DNA of 17,949 nucleotides, taken from assembly GCA_964342815.1 (NCBI GenBank), contig CAYFHS010000049.1, forward strand, positions 1 to 17,949. The letters are read 5' to 3'. This document shows positions 16,354-17,949 of the stretch, one piece after another. Positions within the stretch are counted from its first letter, which is position 1, and every line of letters starts with the position of its first letter. Below the pieces are notes generated by a model. That model saw nothing but the letters and a program-made list of their open reading frames with translations. It ran no database searches and was not told the origin of the DNA. A program made the translations under genes and the position numbers. This DNA comes from an uncultured archaeon. Its GTDB lineage: Archaea > Thermoplasmatota > Penumbrarchaeia > JASLWR01.

Positions 16354-17118
16354 TTAGAGAATCGTCGAGAACCTATCGACGTAAGTGGACGGCATCGTCA
16401 CTTCGATCAGCGTGGGCACGCCGTGTTTGGGGATCATCTTTATGGTCAAATGTCCCTGGTTCTCCAGAGTAAGTCCGGTTGCGTTGGCATTGATGAAAAG
16501 GGTTACCAATGTACCCGAAGTCATGATGCCTCTATCAAGGAATGCAGCGTGCTCTGTGGGATCCATTAGGAGCTGGCATGTGTAACGGTACGTCAACACA
16601 TCCGTTTCGCCGAAAGGAAGACCACCGTCCTGGTAATCCCAGGCTCCGTTTCCCTCTATGTGATTGGGATCATCGCCGGCATGATGAGACCAGTTAGAGG
16701 TATCGTTCGAATTATAAGAGAGCGAAAGGGATTTGAAACCGTCTGAAACATCAATGATTGTCCGATCCATTCTGATCGGTTCGGAACCCGCACGCAGCTT
16801 GACCTTCAACATCAGGGTCTGTACTGTGGGCGCCTGGTTCGTGCTCCTGTTTCCTGCAGGTCCCCAAGAGGTAGCATTAGTACCAATGATTCCTCGGTCA
16901 CCAAGAACGGTGATAACGTTGAAACCAGTCGATACGTCCTCTCTGGCGATCATACCTGTATGAAACGCCTTCATCTTCAGCTGGTCTACGGTGGTTATAA
17001 TAACCATTGATGCTACTGCAGCCACCAGGATCAACGCAATGAAGGTGATCAAAGTGCCGACTCCCATACTGCCTTTTTCGTCCTTTCTTATCTGACGAAT
17101 TACCTTACGTCTGTCCAT
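16354..17118 (-). CDS. arlB: Archaellin (archaeal flagellin), 254 aa
   Basis: Start moved from 17226 to the ATG at 17118 (SD GGAGGG at 17130-17125). Class III signal RKDEKG/SMGVGTLITFIALILVAAVAS; LMLKVKLRAGSEPI; C-terminal IKMIPKHGVPT; several N-x-S/T sequons (NAT, NRS, NDT, NWS). Confidence 0.95.
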   Translation of the reverse strand: MDRRKVIRQIRKDEKGSMGVGTLITFIALILVAAVASMVIITTVDQLKMKAFHTGMIAREDVSTGFNVITVLGDRGIIGTNATSWGPAGNRSTNQAPTVQTLMLKVKLRAGSEPIRMDRTIIDVSDGFKSLSLSYNSNDTSNWSHHAGDDPNHIEGNGAWDYQDGGLPFGETDVLTYRYTCQLLMDPTEHAAFLDRGIMTSGTLVTLFINANATGLTLENQGHLTIKMIPKHGVPTLIEVTMPSTYVDRFSTIL

Positions 17119-17124
17119 GTTTTT

Positions 17125-17219
17125 CCCTCCAGTGTAATAATACACTATTATTAGGTGTGAGAGAGGGCCTCCCGAGGCATCCTCGAAAGGCGGGTTCACA
17201 GGGCTTTTGTGACTCTCTC
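17125..17219 (-). promoter_or_regulatory. Structured 5' leader of arlB: three-way junction + AT hairpin + SD (riboswitch-like candidate)
   Basis: P1 GAGAGAG/CUCUCUC; P2 UCACA-AAAGCCC-UGUGA; P3 GCCUUUCGAGG-AUG-CCUCGGGAGGC (11 bp, with two G-U pairs that only form on the mRNA strand); UAAUAAUA-GUG-UAUUAUUA hairpin before the SD. Confidence 0.65.
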
Positions 17220-17241
17220 GAAACATAGATTAGTTTAATTC

Positions 17242-17258
17242 TTTATAAATATGTTCTT
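17242..17258 (-). promoter_or_regulatory. BRE/TATA promoter of arlB
   Basis: Minus strand AAAGAACA-TA-TTTATAAA (TATA 17249-17242); the expected start site near 17220 coincides with the first base of the structured leader. Confidence 0.65.
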
Positions 17259-17589
17259 TTAAATGCCCATCATGCTAACGAAACCAAATAATTACTCTGT
17301 GAAATCGTATTAAATTATCATATTTCTTATCGCGAGATAATATCATTGGTTAAGGATTAACTGATTTATTCAGACAGTATTCACTCATCGATTACAATGC
17401 CACGAAAAAAACCTTTGAATTCATTGATTAATGGTCTCGATACGTAATCAGAGCTTTTTTTGTGCGAAGAAAAATCATTTATGTAACCGGAGAATGATAA
17501 GGAGATTTGTAAACAGGAAATGATACATTCGTTGATTTTAGCAAATGGGAATGATATGTAATAAAAAAGTACGAAAAAAAGAGAGGAGA

Positions 17590-17800
17590 ATGATCAGTGG
17601 ATTTATCATATTGAAAAATAATTGGAGAAAAAGCCGGAATAATACTGCTTGTTTATTATTGGCAAGAATAGGATATCTTTCAAAGACATTGGTTTTACTG
17701 AGTCCTTTTTAGGATATAGCAGGATCCCGATTTTCTCTATTAATATATGATATATTATAATAGGGAGAGGAGATAGTCATTCGCGGAAGTGATAATTAAC
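17590..17800 (+). pseudogene. Possible decayed CPBP/CAAX (Abi) intramembrane protease remnant
   Basis: GAGGAG at 17583-17588 then ATG at 17590; short broken frames give LFIIGKNRISFKDIGFT and GEEIVIRG (17764-17787), recalling the xKDLGL and EELxFRG motifs. Several stops and frameshifts are required. Confidence 0.25.
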
Positions 17801-17949
17801 CGTGATTACCGCCGATAATAGTCTTTTTTGAGTATTAATCATAGTTTTAAAAAACGATATCGCGATATCCCTGAAGATGAGCAAGATGTCCCTTATGAAA
17901 AACCACTTTTCTACGATGACACGGCGCATCGAAGATACGCCTGCATCCG

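Noticed and set aside
15453-16569. Long antisense ORFs (249 aa, 184 aa) over arlC/D/E
   Set aside because: Shadow frames of a well-supported minus-strand gene, with no motifs or ribosome sites.
17119-17226. 36-aa N-terminal extension of the archaellin given by the ORF track
   Set aside because: The ATG at 17226 falls at or just upstream of the predicted start site. The class III signal peptide and the SD support 17118, and the interval reads as a structured UTR.
17480-17560. Two TACATA (EarA-type) hexamers on the minus strand upstream of arlB
   Set aside because: They lie 230-310 nt from the TATA box, and hexamers like this are expected by chance in AT-rich DNA.

Overview
Archaeal chromosomal window. 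The gene families and the GGAGG/GGTGA ribosome sites suggest an uncultured Thermoplasmatota-like euryarchaeon (inference). Left to right: a partial CxxC-x18-CxxC membrane protein; a membrane-anchored NosD/PKD protein ending in two cytoplasmic wHTH domains; a radical SAM/SPASM-fold protein whose CxxxCxxC motif has become SxxxSxxS; a GC-rich, structured intergenic island; an ABC-2 ATPase and permease; a class II aldolase; about 600 bp of gene remnants; a 1876-aa receptor-like Ser/Thr kinase that is truncated; and part of an archaellum locus (arlB, arlC/D/E-like). The strongest observations are: (1) the Cys-to-Ser radical SAM pseudo-motif with an intact auxiliary 4-Cys domain; (2) a head-on junction at about 14968 where the kinase breaks off into the 5' stub of a second archaellin gene missing from the ORF track; (3) both archaellin genes have roughly 100-nt structured 5' leaders with an anti-Shine-Dalgarno segment held in an upstream helix, a riboswitch-like layout; (4) a 26-bp tandem array whose core recurs at two other sites. 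All calls come from reading the sequence by eye; no searches or folding programs were run.
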